Part shown: one piece after another, positions 38,979 through 49,511 of the stretch | How positions within the stretch are numbered: position 1 is the first letter of the stretch | How the letters are laid out: the number at the start of each line of letters is the position of its first letter | Origin: Clostridia bacterium | Lineage (GTDB): Bacteria; Bacillota; Clostridia; Christensenellales; UBA3700 | Reading direction: 5' to 3' | DNA length: 64,000 bases | Assembly (NCBI GenBank): GCA_029068165.1 | Contig: JAIEDA010000011.1 | Coordinates: 58 to 64,057 of the forward strand | Notes under the pieces: generated by a model | The model's database searches: none | The model's input: only the letters and a program-made list of their open reading frames with translations | Told to the model about the DNA's origin: nothing | Made by a program: the position numbers and the translations under genes

Positions 38979-39587
38979 CTAATTATTATAGTTGAGTTGT
39001 TTCAAAGTAGGCCAAACCTTATCTTTTTCGCTCATAATAATAGGAGAGCCGTCCGGAAGTGCGTATCCATGAGAGTTTGCGGAGCCTTTGTATTCTCCGT
39101 CAACTCCCCAATCAATTCTTATAGTTGGATCATTCCAAGCAATACCGCCCTCGTCACCCGGATGATAAAAATCAGTAACCTTATAGCAAAACTCGGCGAC
39201 ATCAGAAAGCACCAAAAATCCGTGCGCAAATCCCTCGGAGATATAGAATTGCTTTTTATTTTCTTCAGTAAGTTCGACACCATACCATTTGCCATAAGTC
39301 CTGCTATTCTTACGCAAATCTACCGCTACGTCAAACACTCGGCCTTTGATAACTCGAACAAGTTTGCCTTGAGGAAACTGTTTTTGAAAATGTAATCCTC
39401 TCAAAACACCTTTGCTACTCATTGAATGATTATCTTGCACAAAATTCATATTTAGCCCAGCTTCTTCCATATCACGCTTATTATAAGTTTCCATAAAATA
39501 TCCACGATTGTCAATATGAACAGCCGGCTCTATTATATATAGTCCTTCTATACCGCCAACATTTCTTTCGATTTTAATTTGTCCCAT
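38979..39587 (-). CDS. rfbC: dTDP-4-dehydrorhamnose 3,5-epimerase
   Basis: Motifs NRGYFMETY, LRGLHFQ and GFAHGF. 202 aa. Confidence 0.9.
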   Translation of the reverse strand: MGQIKIERNVGGIEGLYIIEPAVHIDNRGYFMETYNKRDMEEAGLNMNFVQDNHSMSSKGVLRGLHFQKQFPQGKLVRVIKGRVFDVAVDLRKNSRTYGKWYGVELTEENKKQFYISEGFAHGFLVLSDVAEFCYKVTDFYHPGDEGGIAWNDPTIRIDWGVDGEYKGSANSHGYALPDGSPIIMSEKDKVWPTLKQLNYNN

Positions 39588-40437
39588 TGTTAATCTCCTT
39601 TAAATACCTTGTTAATGCATCCTGCCATGCGGGTAATAATTCGAATCCGTTTTCTACAAGTTTATTTTTGTCAAGTCTACTATTATAAGGTCTTGCTGCC
39701 TTAGAAAGTCCATATTCCGCAGTAGTTACAGGAACTACTTTTGTCGAATATCCCGCTTGTCTAAAAATTTCTTTCGCAAAATCATACCAACTGACATATC
39801 CTCCCTCGTTTGTTGCGTGATAAAAACCATATTTATCAGTTTCTATCATATCTACAAGCAACCTAGCCAAATCATACGTATAAGTTGGCGTGCCTATTTG
39901 GTCGCTGACAACTCTTACTTTGTCATGAATTTGACCTAATTTTAACATTGTCTTTATGAAGTTATTACCGTTCTTGCCAAATACCCAAGCTATTCTTACT
40001 ATAAAATACTTTTCAAGATTATTTACTACGGCAAATTCTCCTTCAAGCTTGGTCTTTCCATAAACATTTAAAGGCTTATAATCTTTGCAATCCGGTTTCC
40101 ATGGTTGCATTCCTTTCCCGTCAAACACATAGTCGGTAGAAATATACATCATTTTACACCCCAACTTGCTACATTCCTTTGCAATATTTTCCGTGCCTAC
40201 AGCATTAACGAGTCGAACTTTTTCGACATTGTCTTCCGCGGCATCAACTGCCGTCCATGCGGCGCAATGGACAACAGCGTCAGGTTTGACTTTTTGTAAA
40301 ACAAGGCAAACTTGCTGCTCGTCAGTTATATCCATATTTTCGACACAAACACCAATACTCTCATGTCCACGCCTTTCAAGTTCCTTTACAACATCGAAAC
40401 CAAGCTGTCCTGTAACTCCTGTAACTAATACTTTCAT
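39574..40437 (-). CDS. rfbD: dTDP-4-dehydrorhamnose reductase
   Basis: The N-terminus is MKVLVTGVTGQLGFDV. 287 aa. It sits between rfbB and rfbC. Confidence 0.9.
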   Translation of the reverse strand: MKVLVTGVTGQLGFDVVKELERRGHESIGVCVENMDITDEQQVCLVLQKVKPDAVVHCAAWTAVDAAEDNVEKVRLVNAVGTENIAKECSKLGCKMMYISTDYVFDGKGMQPWKPDCKDYKPLNVYGKTKLEGEFAVVNNLEKYFIVRIAWVFGKNGNNFIKTMLKLGQIHDKVRVVSDQIGTPTYTYDLARLLVDMIETDKYGFYHATNEGGYVSWYDFAKEIFRQAGYSTKVVPVTTAEYGLSKAARPYNSRLDKNKLVENGFELLPAWQDALTRYLKEINNGTN

Positions 40438-41465
40438 TACTTTCTATCCCCGTACATTTTTTTATAATAATTTTGATATTCTCCGGAAATTATTGTTTCC
40501 CACCATTCACGATTTTCAAGATACCATTTGATCGTTTTTTTAATGCCTTCTATAAACTTTGTTTCAGGAAGCCAACCAAGTTCATTATAAATTTTTGTAG
40601 GATCTATTGCGTAACGTAAATCATGTCCCTTTCTATCGGCAACATAAGTAATTAAACCTTCGGATTTTCCAAGCTCTTTGCAAATAAGCTTAACAATGTC
40701 AATGTTTTTCATTTCGTTATGACCGCCGACATTGTATACTTCTCCAACTTTTCCTTTGTGTATAATAAGATCTATAGCCTTACAATGATCTTCCACATAT
40801 AACCAGTCACGAACATTCTCACCTTTTCCGTATACAGGTAAAGGCTTGTCATTTAACGCATTTGCTATCATAAGCGGAATAAGCTTTTCGGGAAAATGAT
40901 ATGGTCCGTAATTGTTGGAACAACGGCTGATAGTCACTGGCAAACCATACGTTCTATGATAAGCTAACACAAGTAAATCTGCCGACGCCTTACTTGACGA
41001 ATAAGGACTGCTGGTTTGAATAGGAGTAGTTTCTGTAAAAAACAAGTCGGGACGATCTAACGGCAAATCTCCATACACCTCATCAGTCGACACTTGATGA
41101 TACCTTTGAATATCATATTTTCTACACGCATCCATTAGAACCGCCGTTCCTATTATATTGGTTTGCAAGAAAATCCCTGGATCTTCTATGCTTCTATCAA
41201 CGTGGCTTTCTGCCGCAAAATTGACAACTACATCAGGTTTTTCTTCTTCAAAAAGCTTATCCACGGCTTTTCTATCGCAAATATCAGCTTTTACAAAACG
41301 AAAATTCGGCTTGTCAAGCACGCTTTTAAGCGTTGATAAATTACCCGCATACGTAAGTTTATCCAAGCACACTATCCTATAATTTGGATATTTAGCGAGC
41401 ATGTGAAATACAAAATTACTACCTATAAATCCAGCCCCACCGGTAACTATGATAGTTCTTTCCAT
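40437..41465 (-). CDS. rfbB: dTDP-glucose 4,6-dehydratase
   Basis: It has IIVTGGAGFIGSNF and the YSSSKASADLL catalytic region. 342 aa. Confidence 0.95.
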   Translation of the reverse strand: MERTIIVTGGAGFIGSNFVFHMLAKYPNYRIVCLDKLTYAGNLSTLKSVLDKPNFRFVKADICDRKAVDKLFEEEKPDVVVNFAAESHVDRSIEDPGIFLQTNIIGTAVLMDACRKYDIQRYHQVSTDEVYGDLPLDRPDLFFTETTPIQTSSPYSSSKASADLLVLAYHRTYGLPVTISRCSNNYGPYHFPEKLIPLMIANALNDKPLPVYGKGENVRDWLYVEDHCKAIDLIIHKGKVGEVYNVGGHNEMKNIDIVKLICKELGKSEGLITYVADRKGHDLRYAIDPTKIYNELGWLPETKFIEGIKKTIKWYLENREWWETIISGEYQNYYKKMYGDRK

Positions 41466-42343
41466 TATAATGTTCCCTCCGCTACCTTTTTCAAATGTTC
41501 TCCGTATGGCGATTTGCCATAAGACTCAGCTGCCTTCAAAAGATGTTCCTTATTTATCCAACCATTATTAAATGCAACTTCTTCCGGCGCTGATATTGTA
41601 ATAGCTTGACGTTTACTCACCATTTGCACAAACTCTGACGCCTCTAACAAGCTATCCATCGTTCCAGTATCTAACCACGCAAAGCCACTACCTAACAGTT
41701 CTACTCTTAAATCACCATTCTCCAAATACAATCTATTTAAATCGGTGATTTCCAATTCACCACGCGCAGACGGCTTTACCGTTTTAGCCAAATCCACAAC
41801 ACGGTTATCATAAAAATATAAACCCGTTATGCAATAATTTGATTTAGGTCTTTTTGGCTTTTCTTCTACGGATATCACATTGTGATTTCTATCAAACTCA
41901 ACAATGCCAAAACGTTGCGGATCGTTTACATGATAGCCGAATATTGTAGCTTTTCCTAATTCAGCATTTTTTAATGCTCGATGAAGATACTCCTCAAATC
42001 GATTTCCGTAGAAAATATTATCGCCAAGAACCATGGCGCAAGGCTCATCGCCAATAAAACTTTCTCCGATTATAAACGCTTGCGCTAGGCCATCGGGCGA
42101 AGGCTGGACTGCATAATTCAAATTGATTCCAAATTGACTTCCATCTCCCAATAATTTTTCAAAATTTGGCAAATCTGTCGGCGTAGAGATAATCAAAATA
42201 TCTCTTATATCCGCTTGCATAAGCGTACAAAGCGGATAAAATATCATAGGCTTGTCATAAACTGGCAATAATTGTTTACTTGTGACTTTAGTCAAAGGAT
42301 AAAGCCTAGTTCCACTTCCTCCTGCAAGAATAATTCCTTTCAT
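41465..42343 (-). CDS. rfbA: glucose-1-phosphate thymidylyltransferase
   Basis: The N-terminus is [18 protein letters not shown]. 292 aa. Confidence 0.95.
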   Translation of the reverse strand: MKGIILAGGSGTRLYPLTKVTSKQLLPVYDKPMIFYPLCTLMQADIRDILIISTPTDLPNFEKLLGDGSQFGINLNYAVQPSPDGLAQAFIIGESFIGDEPCAMVLGDNIFYGNRFEEYLHRALKNAELGKATIFGYHVNDPQRFGIVEFDRNHNVISVEEKPKRPKSNYCITGLYFYDNRVVDLAKTVKPSARGELEITDLNRLYLENGDLRVELLGSGFAWLDTGTMDSLLEASEFVQMVSKRQAITISAPEEVAFNNGWINKEHLLKAAESYGKSPYGEHLKKVAEGTL

Positions 42344-43770
42344 AAATTGTCACCTCTCTTTCTATTAAAAATGATTTTCAAATTCGATAATATCGACTTA
42401 TAATTTATTAGACAATATATACATAGAGCTCCAAGATAAATCAAACAGCCAACCAACCTGCTACACAAACAAGCGCATAATATAAAGACTACTGTCATCA
42501 CGGATTCAACAATAAAGGCAGTAATAATTTTTACTTTTATAATCTTTAATACGCAAATCTCCGACAATATTGAGTTCAGCATAATTACGAACACAACCCC
42601 GCCTAAGACCACGTAAATATTATTAAATATATAAGCGCCTATAACAAAAATCGCTATACCCACAGCAATCGAAATCAAATTAACAATGAGCATAGTTTTT
42701 TCTTTGCGATAAACTTTTAAATAATTATTTGTAAGAAGGCTAACTTTGGACGTATATATTATTATTGGCAACAATATGCCCAGCCAATTCAAACTATCCG
42801 TATATTGCGGCAACCATATCTCCAAAATTTTGCAACCAATAAAATAAAATATCATTGCAAAAAACAGCAAGGGCGACAAAACTCCTCTTATCTTTTTGTA
42901 CATCTCAGAAAGTCTTTCTTGGTCTATTCTCTTCAAAGACGGGAACAATACCACACTTATCGCCGTAATGAACGTCAGAAAAACGTTAGACGCAGAGAAA
43001 GCAAACGACACTTGTCCAAACGTCACTTTGTCCCAATGCCATTGTACAATCATTTTTGCGCTTCCGATCATAAGCATTGCCGACCAGTTTGCCAACATCA
43101 AAACTATTCCCGACGCAATATTCGTTCCAAGTTCCTTAAATGCTTCTTTCTTATGTAGAGTACGCCCCAAATATAGACCTCTATTACAAAACAATCCAAC
43201 AATTATTCCTACAGCATCACCGCAAAGATCCGCTATACAGTACCAAACAAAGTTATCTACTTTCAGCGCTAACAAAATAATTACTACTATTCCGTAAGTC
43301 AATCTTTGCGCAATTACTAAAATGGCATATTTGCCAATACGATTGGTAATTTGCAACATATAAAGACTGTAAGTAACAATATTCTTTGTAACTACTCCTA
43401 CTGCAACAAGCGAAAATATCAATCTATTCGATCCTTCTAATATAGAAAGTGAAACTGCTGCCATAGAAATAGTGACAAGCGAAGTAAATATTAGTAATAT
43501 CGTAAACTGCGAACGCAATCTAACCTTATCAAGTTCTTCATAATCGTACTTTGCGTAACGCAATACTATGCCGTCTAACAACCCAAAATGCAACACACCC
43601 ACATAACTTACGTAAAGAACGTAAGTTTGCCAATCAGCATAGGAAATCTTACCTATGTATTTAGGCACTATCAAACTCAGCAAAAAACTTACAGCCATCG
43701 ATATAACTTGTGTACCGAGGGAAACTATAACGTTAGTCGCAAATTTTTTTGTGGTAATACGTTGCGCCAT
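42340..43770 (-). CDS. wzx: polysaccharide/oligosaccharide flippase (MOP superfamily, Wzx-like)
   Basis: 476 aa with about 12-14 TM segments. Its position in the glycan locus supports the call. Confidence 0.7.
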   Translation of the reverse strand: MAQRITTKKFATNVIVSLGTQVISMAVSFLLSLIVPKYIGKISYADWQTYVLYVSYVGVLHFGLLDGIVLRYAKYDYEELDKVRLRSQFTILLIFTSLVTISMAAVSLSILEGSNRLIFSLVAVGVVTKNIVTYSLYMLQITNRIGKYAILVIAQRLTYGIVVIILLALKVDNFVWYCIADLCGDAVGIIVGLFCNRGLYLGRTLHKKEAFKELGTNIASGIVLMLANWSAMLMIGSAKMIVQWHWDKVTFGQVSFAFSASNVFLTFITAISVVLFPSLKRIDQERLSEMYKKIRGVLSPLLFFAMIFYFIGCKILEIWLPQYTDSLNWLGILLPIIIYTSKVSLLTNNYLKVYRKEKTMLIVNLISIAVGIAIFVIGAYIFNNIYVVLGGVVFVIMLNSILSEICVLKIIKVKIITAFIVESVMTVVFILCACLCSRLVGCLIYLGALCIYCLINYKSILSNLKIIFNRKRGDNL

Positions 43771-43779
43771 TTTATTGAC

Positions 43780-44778
43780 TTAACCTCTCCTCTTTGTTTT
43801 TCCTTTTTTCATATACTCAATCATACGTTCAAATGCCGTTTCTAATCCAACTTGCGCTTGCCACCCCAATGACTTGAGTTTGCTACAATCAAGATTCATC
43901 TTCAACGTAGGCGCAAATCCAAAACGCGAAATATCGTTTTCTTCTTCTATCCTTACTTTTACCTTTCCTTGACCAAAATAATTTGCCACTATTTGCGCCA
44001 TTTCGTAAATACTGCAATAAGTATCTTCGTTTGCCGCATTATACGCCTCCCCAACGGTGCCAAACAAAAGGACCGTCATTATGGCATTTGCGGCGTCTTC
44101 CGTATATAAATAATTTCTCTTTGTTTCACCCTTGGTTTTCAACACTATATCTCTTTGCTCCAAAACGCAACGGGCAAATTCCGCAAAAACGCGTGAATCT
44201 TCGTAAACCACTCCTTCTCCAAACGTTTGAGTTAATCTAACAACTTTTGCTGGCACTCCATATTGCGCCGCATAAGACGCGCATAAACACTCGCACAAAC
44301 GCTTGCTTTCAGGATATCCTGATCTTGGCGCCATCGTATTCAAATTTGACGCGTTGCTTTCCAAAATCTTTGTATCGTCCAAAGGAGTGCCATAAACCTC
44401 CATCGACGAGAGATAAACGAAAGATTTTACATTATTTACACGAGCAATTTCTAGCATATTTTTAGTTCCTATAACCGCGCCCATGATAACTTCTACAGGT
44501 TCTTCAATAAAAGCCTTACTTGACGTGATACTCGCTCCGTGAATGATATAATCTACGTTGACGTCTATCGTTTCCGCAGTTGTCACGTCCATTACTAAAT
44601 ATTCAATATTGCCATTGGCAATATCCGAAAAAGTTGCGCGAGCCTTTTGTTCATTTCTTACCATTGCAATAACCTTTGCTCCATATTGCAAAAGTTTACG
44701 TGTAAGCGCTCTCCCTATCAAACCACTTGCTCCCGTTATCAATACTCGCTTACCTAAAAAAGAAGAAAAATTATTCAT
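43780..44778 (-). CDS. NAD-dependent SDR (epimerase/dehydratase fold); candidate reductase partner of the adjacent cytidylyltransferase
   Basis: It has VLITGASGLIGRAL. I prefer the ATG at 44778, preceded by AGAGGA and 4 nt after the upstream stop, over the track start at 44820. Confidence 0.75.
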   Translation of the reverse strand: MNNFSSFLGKRVLITGASGLIGRALTRKLLQYGAKVIAMVRNEQKARATFSDIANGNIEYLVMDVTTAETIDVNVDYIIHGASITSSKAFIEEPVEVIMGAVIGTKNMLEIARVNNVKSFVYLSSMEVYGTPLDDTKILESNASNLNTMAPRSGYPESKRLCECLCASYAAQYGVPAKVVRLTQTFGEGVVYEDSRVFAEFARCVLEQRDIVLKTKGETKRNYLYTEDAANAIMTVLLFGTVGEAYNAANEDTYCSIYEMAQIVANYFGQGKVKVRIEEENDISRFGFAPTLKMNLDCSKLKSLGWQAQVGLETAFERMIEYMKKGKTKRRG

Positions 44779-44782
44779 ATCA

Positions 44783-45523
44783 TCAATCCTCTTGATCGTC
44801 ATATCCGTAAATTTGAGCATTTTCTTTTGCTTGCATTATTGCGCGCATTGTATAATAATCATCAGGAGTTGTGATCTTTATATTTTCGTAAGGTCCGTCA
44901 ATCATATGCAACGTAAACCCATAAGTTTTCATAAGTGTACAAGAATCAATTGAATCGACCAAACCGCTACTCAACGCTTTTTCGTGAACGCTAAGAATAT
45001 CTTTTAAATAAAAACTTTGCGGAGCTTTTGCTACTCTTGAATTCTTACGTGAGGGCACTTGCTCTATAACTCTATCATCGTTTAATACGACGATAGTTTC
45101 TTTCACTATTCCGGCAGTAATTGCAGAACCGTGTTCTTTGACGCAACGTATGTTTTCAGATAACAGTTTTGAATTTATTAGTGGACGAACGCCGTCGTGT
45201 ATAAGCACGATCGCATTTTCATTCCCAACGACATCTTTTGCAGCTTTAAGTCCTTCGTAAATTGATAATTGTCCTGTTTCTCCACCTTCTACTATTTTTT
45301 TGACTTTTTCAATTCGAAATTTATACAACAATTCTTTAAGATAGGGTATCCATTCTTTTACACAAGCAATTACTACGCCGTCTATCTCGTCGTTGTTTTC
45401 AAAATGTTCCAAAGTGTGTATTATAATTGGCTTGCCGTATATTTCCAAAAATTGTTTCGGCTTTGTTTTGCTTTTCATTCGGCTTCCAACGCCACCCGCA
45501 AAAATCACGCCTATATTTTTCAT
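44783..45523 (-). CDS. IspD/TarI-family cytidylyltransferase (CDP-alditol synthase-like)
   Basis: It has IGVIFAGGVGSRMKSKTKPKQFL. 246 aa. Confidence 0.8.
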   Translation of the reverse strand: MKNIGVIFAGGVGSRMKSKTKPKQFLEIYGKPIIIHTLEHFENNDEIDGVVIACVKEWIPYLKELLYKFRIEKVKKIVEGGETGQLSIYEGLKAAKDVVGNENAIVLIHDGVRPLINSKLLSENIRCVKEHGSAITAGIVKETIVVLNDDRVIEQVPSRKNSRVAKAPQSFYLKDILSVHEKALSSGLVDSIDSCTLMKTYGFTLHMIDGPYENIKITTPDDYYTMRAIMQAKENAQIYGYDDQED

Positions 45524-45524
45524 T

Positions 45525-46877
45525 CTAGGCCCCTCCTTTGTCCAGTCTTTTTGTCGATTGTTTGACCATACTTGCTTCTTTGCGCCCTTTTATCTTACCA
45601 TATACGAAATAATAAACCAATGTTAACCAAACAAATTCGTAGACAAAACCTAAATGGAATCTTCTTATCAACTGCTCTAATATCGGGAAAAATACTATTG
45701 GATAAATCAACATACAGTACAAAACCCAATTATATCCGTACTTACTCCTTCTCATTCTCATATAAAGTTTTTGATAAAACATACCTATTGCAAATGGGAA
45801 TAATATGACGCCAAAGTAGCCAAAATCTTCAACATAGGGTTTTAACGCTGTATAAATATTTGAACTGAATACATACCCATTAGAAGATTGATATTCTATA
45901 AACGCATCGAATCTATTAACCTGCGCATCTGGCAAAGTCAATCCTAAATGCCCAAATATAGAATTAAACACACCAATAAACGTAGAAAATGTAGATTGTC
46001 CATATAAGAACGGTTCGTCAAAATCAGCTATCCATAAATTGAAATCATATAGACCCGACCCGCCATAAATGCTCAACGACTTCAAAATCCCTGAACTATA
46101 TTGTTTACTTTTACCTAAAAGAAAGAAAATAATTACAAGTAGCAATAGAAGCAATGACACTTTAAAGATAATGCTTTTATTTATATTTTTCTTTTTGGTA
46201 TTTTCTCTAAAGAAAAGTATAAACAAACAAATAAAATAAATAGCATATCTTAAAAATATATTTCTATCAGAAGATATCATTACGGCAATTATAAAAATAA
46301 ATACAGGGATTAATAAATTTACTATACTGATTGCCCTGGCTCTAGAATAAATCTCTTGAAAGAGTCTATAAGTGTTGATGTATGCTATAGCAACTAACAA
46401 CTCAAGACATTGGTTAAACACAAAGCCTGGAGAATATCCCCCAACTACACTATCATAAATGTGCCTAATCCTTTCGCTCATCGAACCGCTTCCACCAACA
46501 TCTGATAAAAGCTTAAAACAATATAATCCAGCAGCCATCACGGAAACAACTATAAAAAATAACTCTGGATAATGCCTGCTTGGTAATTCTTTTTTCAACG
46601 ATAATCTTTCCGAAATCGTCTCAGTTGCAAGTTTGTTAGGCGCGAACTTCTTAACAACGAGCGCGCCAACGCCAAAAGAAACCAACGCCGTAGTAATATA
46701 AAGCACAAAAGTACTATTAATCTTTACTTCCCAATTTTTATAATTTAAAAGAACTATGAAGTACGATGTTAGCATAGCAAGGCACAGCAAAAACCAAGGC
46801 GAGAGCAAATCTCGCTTTCCAAAAAAATATGCTGTCGCTAAAAGCGCAAAGAAAATTACTAGCATCAAAACTTCCAT
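45525..46877 (-). CDS. polytopic membrane protein, candidate O-antigen/repeat-unit polymerase (Wzy/EpsG-like)
   Basis: 450 aa with more than 10 hydrophobic segments. It is the only Wzy-like candidate in a locus that has a Wzx. No diagnostic motif is visible. Confidence 0.5.
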   Translation of the reverse strand: MEVLMLVIFFALLATAYFFGKRDLLSPWFLLCLAMLTSYFIVLLNYKNWEVKINSTFVLYITTALVSFGVGALVVKKFAPNKLATETISERLSLKKELPSRHYPELFFIVVSVMAAGLYCFKLLSDVGGSGSMSERIRHIYDSVVGGYSPGFVFNQCLELLVAIAYINTYRLFQEIYSRARAISIVNLLIPVFIFIIAVMISSDRNIFLRYAIYFICLFILFFRENTKKKNINKSIIFKVSLLLLLLVIIFFLLGKSKQYSSGILKSLSIYGGSGLYDFNLWIADFDEPFLYGQSTFSTFIGVFNSIFGHLGLTLPDAQVNRFDAFIEYQSSNGYVFSSNIYTALKPYVEDFGYFGVILFPFAIGMFYQKLYMRMRRSKYGYNWVLYCMLIYPIVFFPILEQLIRRFHLGFVYEFVWLTLVYYFVYGKIKGRKEASMVKQSTKRLDKGGA

Positions 46878-46902
46878 TTATATTTAGCATTCCTCCTATG
46901 GC

Positions 46903-47826
46903 TTAAAAATATCCCAACATTACTTTAAAAAAGAAACCGAAGCAACTCTCTTTTGTATACGAACGAAGCAATTTACTGTTCTTGATTAATTTGAATTTTC
47001 CACCAAAAGTATTTGCTTCTGCGCATACTTTGATCAACGGAAAACTTTTGGATTGCTCCGGAAACTTTATGAGAATTTCTTTAGCCAACGAACTCCTACC
47101 ATTTCGGAACTTCTTTTTGAAGACTTTTTTCATTTTTTCTTTTATTTTCTTGAAAACTCCATCTTCATAGGCGCCAACAACATTATTCTCATGCTGGCGG
47201 TACTTAATAAACGACCTCTCGTCATAAATTATTCCTCCATTAATAGACGCAGTCATTGCCAACCATACATCATGGATTCTATTGCGTAGCAATTCCTCGG
47301 AAGGTCGACAGTTTATGTTTGTGATAATGTCATAAAAATCCCCTTTAAAGACCATAGTACAACCTGCCAACGTATTCTTCTCAAGAATTGCAATAGCATC
47401 AAGATGGATCGCACTATCTATGCCGTATCTTAAACCTAGAGAATTACCGTATTTATCCACACACTCCTGATTTGAAGCGTATAAAACTTTGTCGCTTTGA
47501 GCAAGCATTGTAACAGCTTCAAATAATTTATTTTCTTCCCAAATATCGTCTTGATCCGCAAAAGAGTAATAATCATATCCGCTCCCAACGGAATATAATA
47601 ATTTCATAAAGCTGTTGCCAACACCAACGTTTTCCTCAATTAATAAGTGAATGTTGTTAAACTTTTCCACATAAGTAGCCAGCATTTCTAAAGTTGAATC
47701 TTTTGAGCCGTCGTCACGAATAAATAGCTCAACTGCAACCCCACTTTGATTTAAAATACTATCAAGTTGCTCTTTGAGAAATTTTTCACCGTTGTATGTA
47801 CTCAATAAAACCGCTACCGTATTCAT
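46903..47826 (-). CDS. family 2 glycosyltransferase
   Basis: It has VAVLLSTYNGEKFLKEQLDSILNQ and a DQDD acidic motif. Confidence 0.85.
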   Translation of the reverse strand: MNTVAVLLSTYNGEKFLKEQLDSILNQSGVAVELFIRDDGSKDSTLEMLATYVEKFNNIHLLIEENVGVGNSFMKLLYSVGSGYDYYSFADQDDIWEENKLFEAVTMLAQSDKVLYASNQECVDKYGNSLGLRYGIDSAIHLDAIAILEKNTLAGCTMVFKGDFYDIITNINCRPSEELLRNRIHDVWLAMTASINGGIIYDERSFIKYRQHENNVVGAYEDGVFKKIKEKMKKVFKKKFRNGRSSLAKEILIKFPEQSKSFPLIKVCAEANTFGGKFKLIKNSKLLRSYTKESCFGFFFKVMLGYF

Positions 47827-48659
47827 TGATTATCTATCTCCTTGTAATATGCCTTGAATGAATGGTGCGATACTCTCTTCTCCTCAGGAGGCAACTTCAT
47901 ATAATCTCCGTAAATACTCGATAGATAGGTATCATACTGAGAAATTGCGCAAAATTTCTCATTTTCAAAAGACAACTCAGTCAATTCAGTAAATATACTT
48001 TTCTCAAGTATTTCCTTTTCACGGTATGCTCCGCCTACTGCTGCAGCAAATTCGACTTTATCAAAATCTATTTTCTTGTATTTATTCTGAATTTTATCAA
48101 ACAGCTTTTGTTTATTAACAAAACGACTAAGTAAAAACATACCAAGTCTAAAAGGCTCGTAATACCATGCATGAGTCTTCGACTTAAAAAATCTTTTCCA
48201 CTGCGCAGCAACAAGAAGCGCTCTCTTAAACGACGTAGAATTAAAAACTTTTTTTGCTCGCTTATAGTTATTTGCCAACCCATCTATTGGAAATACGTCA
48301 ATAAAAACTCCTATATTATCCTCATAATCACAAGCGTTGTCGTCTATAAGCACGGTTTGGGCGTCATAAATCTTAGCAGATAAATCAACATAGGATTTAT
48401 CTGTCTCCCAAGATTTTATCTTAAATGGAATTTCTTTATTAGATAAGCAGTAGGCTATAAAAGCGTCATAATCGGGACGCGGCATCATAATATCTATATC
48501 GTCATCCCACGGAATAAATCCGCGGTGTCTTACTGCGCCTAACAATGTCCCGCCACCTAACGAATAGCGAAATCCTTGCTCTTCACAAATTTTATGGACC
48601 TTCAACAACAATTGTATTTCGATATTTTTAAGTTGTTGCAAACTCAATTCTTCATGCAT
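47823..48659 (-). CDS. LicD-family phosphotransferase (transfers phosphocholine or polyol-phosphate from CDP donors)
   Basis: It has LGGGTLLGAVRHRGFIPWDDDIDIMM. Confidence 0.85.
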   Translation of the reverse strand: MHEELSLQQLKNIEIQLLLKVHKICEEQGFRYSLGGGTLLGAVRHRGFIPWDDDIDIMMPRPDYDAFIAYCLSNKEIPFKIKSWETDKSYVDLSAKIYDAQTVLIDDNACDYEDNIGVFIDVFPIDGLANNYKRAKKVFNSTSFKRALLVAAQWKRFFKSKTHAWYYEPFRLGMFLLSRFVNKQKLFDKIQNKYKKIDFDKVEFAAAVGGAYREKEILEKSIFTELTELSFENEKFCAISQYDTYLSSIYGDYMKLPPEEKRVSHHSFKAYYKEIDNQ

Positions 48660-48661
48660 TT

Positions 48662-49507
48662 TTATTTATCCGTAGATTTTATTTTTTTTCTCAAAATGGT
48701 TTTGTAAAGTATTTTCTTTACCCATTTGGGAGTAATAATAAAGCAAAAGCACCTAAAATTGCTCATAGCAGCAGTAAAGCGCGAATGTTTGCCATTTTGA
48801 CGAAGATACTTTTGATCTTTCTTCCAATCTCTATATATTCTCATATCCTGACGTCTACCAACCATGTCATTGCCGACACGTGCTTTTACTAAAACATCTT
48901 GGATATTGTAAAATTGAACTCCGCTAACCCACATATGAGCGTAAACGGAATAGTCTTCGTTAACAGTATCCCTACCATAACCACCTGCTTGGATTAGAGC
49001 CTCTTTGCGCATCATTACAGTCATGTTGTTAAGTGGCATTCTTCTACGAAACATTCTTACTATATCATCATGCTTTTCAGGCACCTTGCGAATTGTGCTA
49101 GCAACTTCAGGATCAGTGTCAAATTCCGCTATCCAACCGCCAACAACAGCTATGTCACTACATTCTTGCAAAACATTATATTCACGTTCAAACCTATCAC
49201 TTACGCAAACGTCATCCGAATCCATACGAGCAAGAATATCGTGCTTTATATATTGCAAACCCAACGCTGACGCTTTACTTTGTCCTTGATTTTCCGAAGA
49301 ATACACAATTTCCATTACTTCGGGAAACATCTCTTTGTATTTGAGTATCACATTGTTCAATTCATCCGAAATAGGTCCGTCAACAACCAACACCATTTGA
49401 CTTGGAGTAACAGTTTGATTAATCAAAGTACTGTTGAGCGACGCATCTAAAAATTCGGGAGTTTCTCCGCAATAAGTCGTCATTAATACAGAAAATTCTT
49501 TAGTCAC
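48662..49507 (-). CDS. family 2 glycosyltransferase
   Basis: It has FSVLMTTYCGETPEFLDASLNS and the DSDD motif. Confidence 0.85.
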   Translation of the reverse strand: MTKEFSVLMTTYCGETPEFLDASLNSTLINQTVTPSQMVLVVDGPISDELNNVILKYKEMFPEVMEIVYSSENQGQSKASALGLQYIKHDILARMDSDDVCVSDRFEREYNVLQECSDIAVVGGWIAEFDTDPEVASTIRKVPEKHDDIVRMFRRRMPLNNMTVMMRKEALIQAGGYGRDTVNEDYSVYAHMWVSGVQFYNIQDVLVKARVGNDMVGRRQDMRIYRDWKKDQKYLRQNGKHSRFTAAMSNFRCFCFIITPKWVKKILYKTILRKKIKSTDK

Positions 49508-49511
49508 TCTT

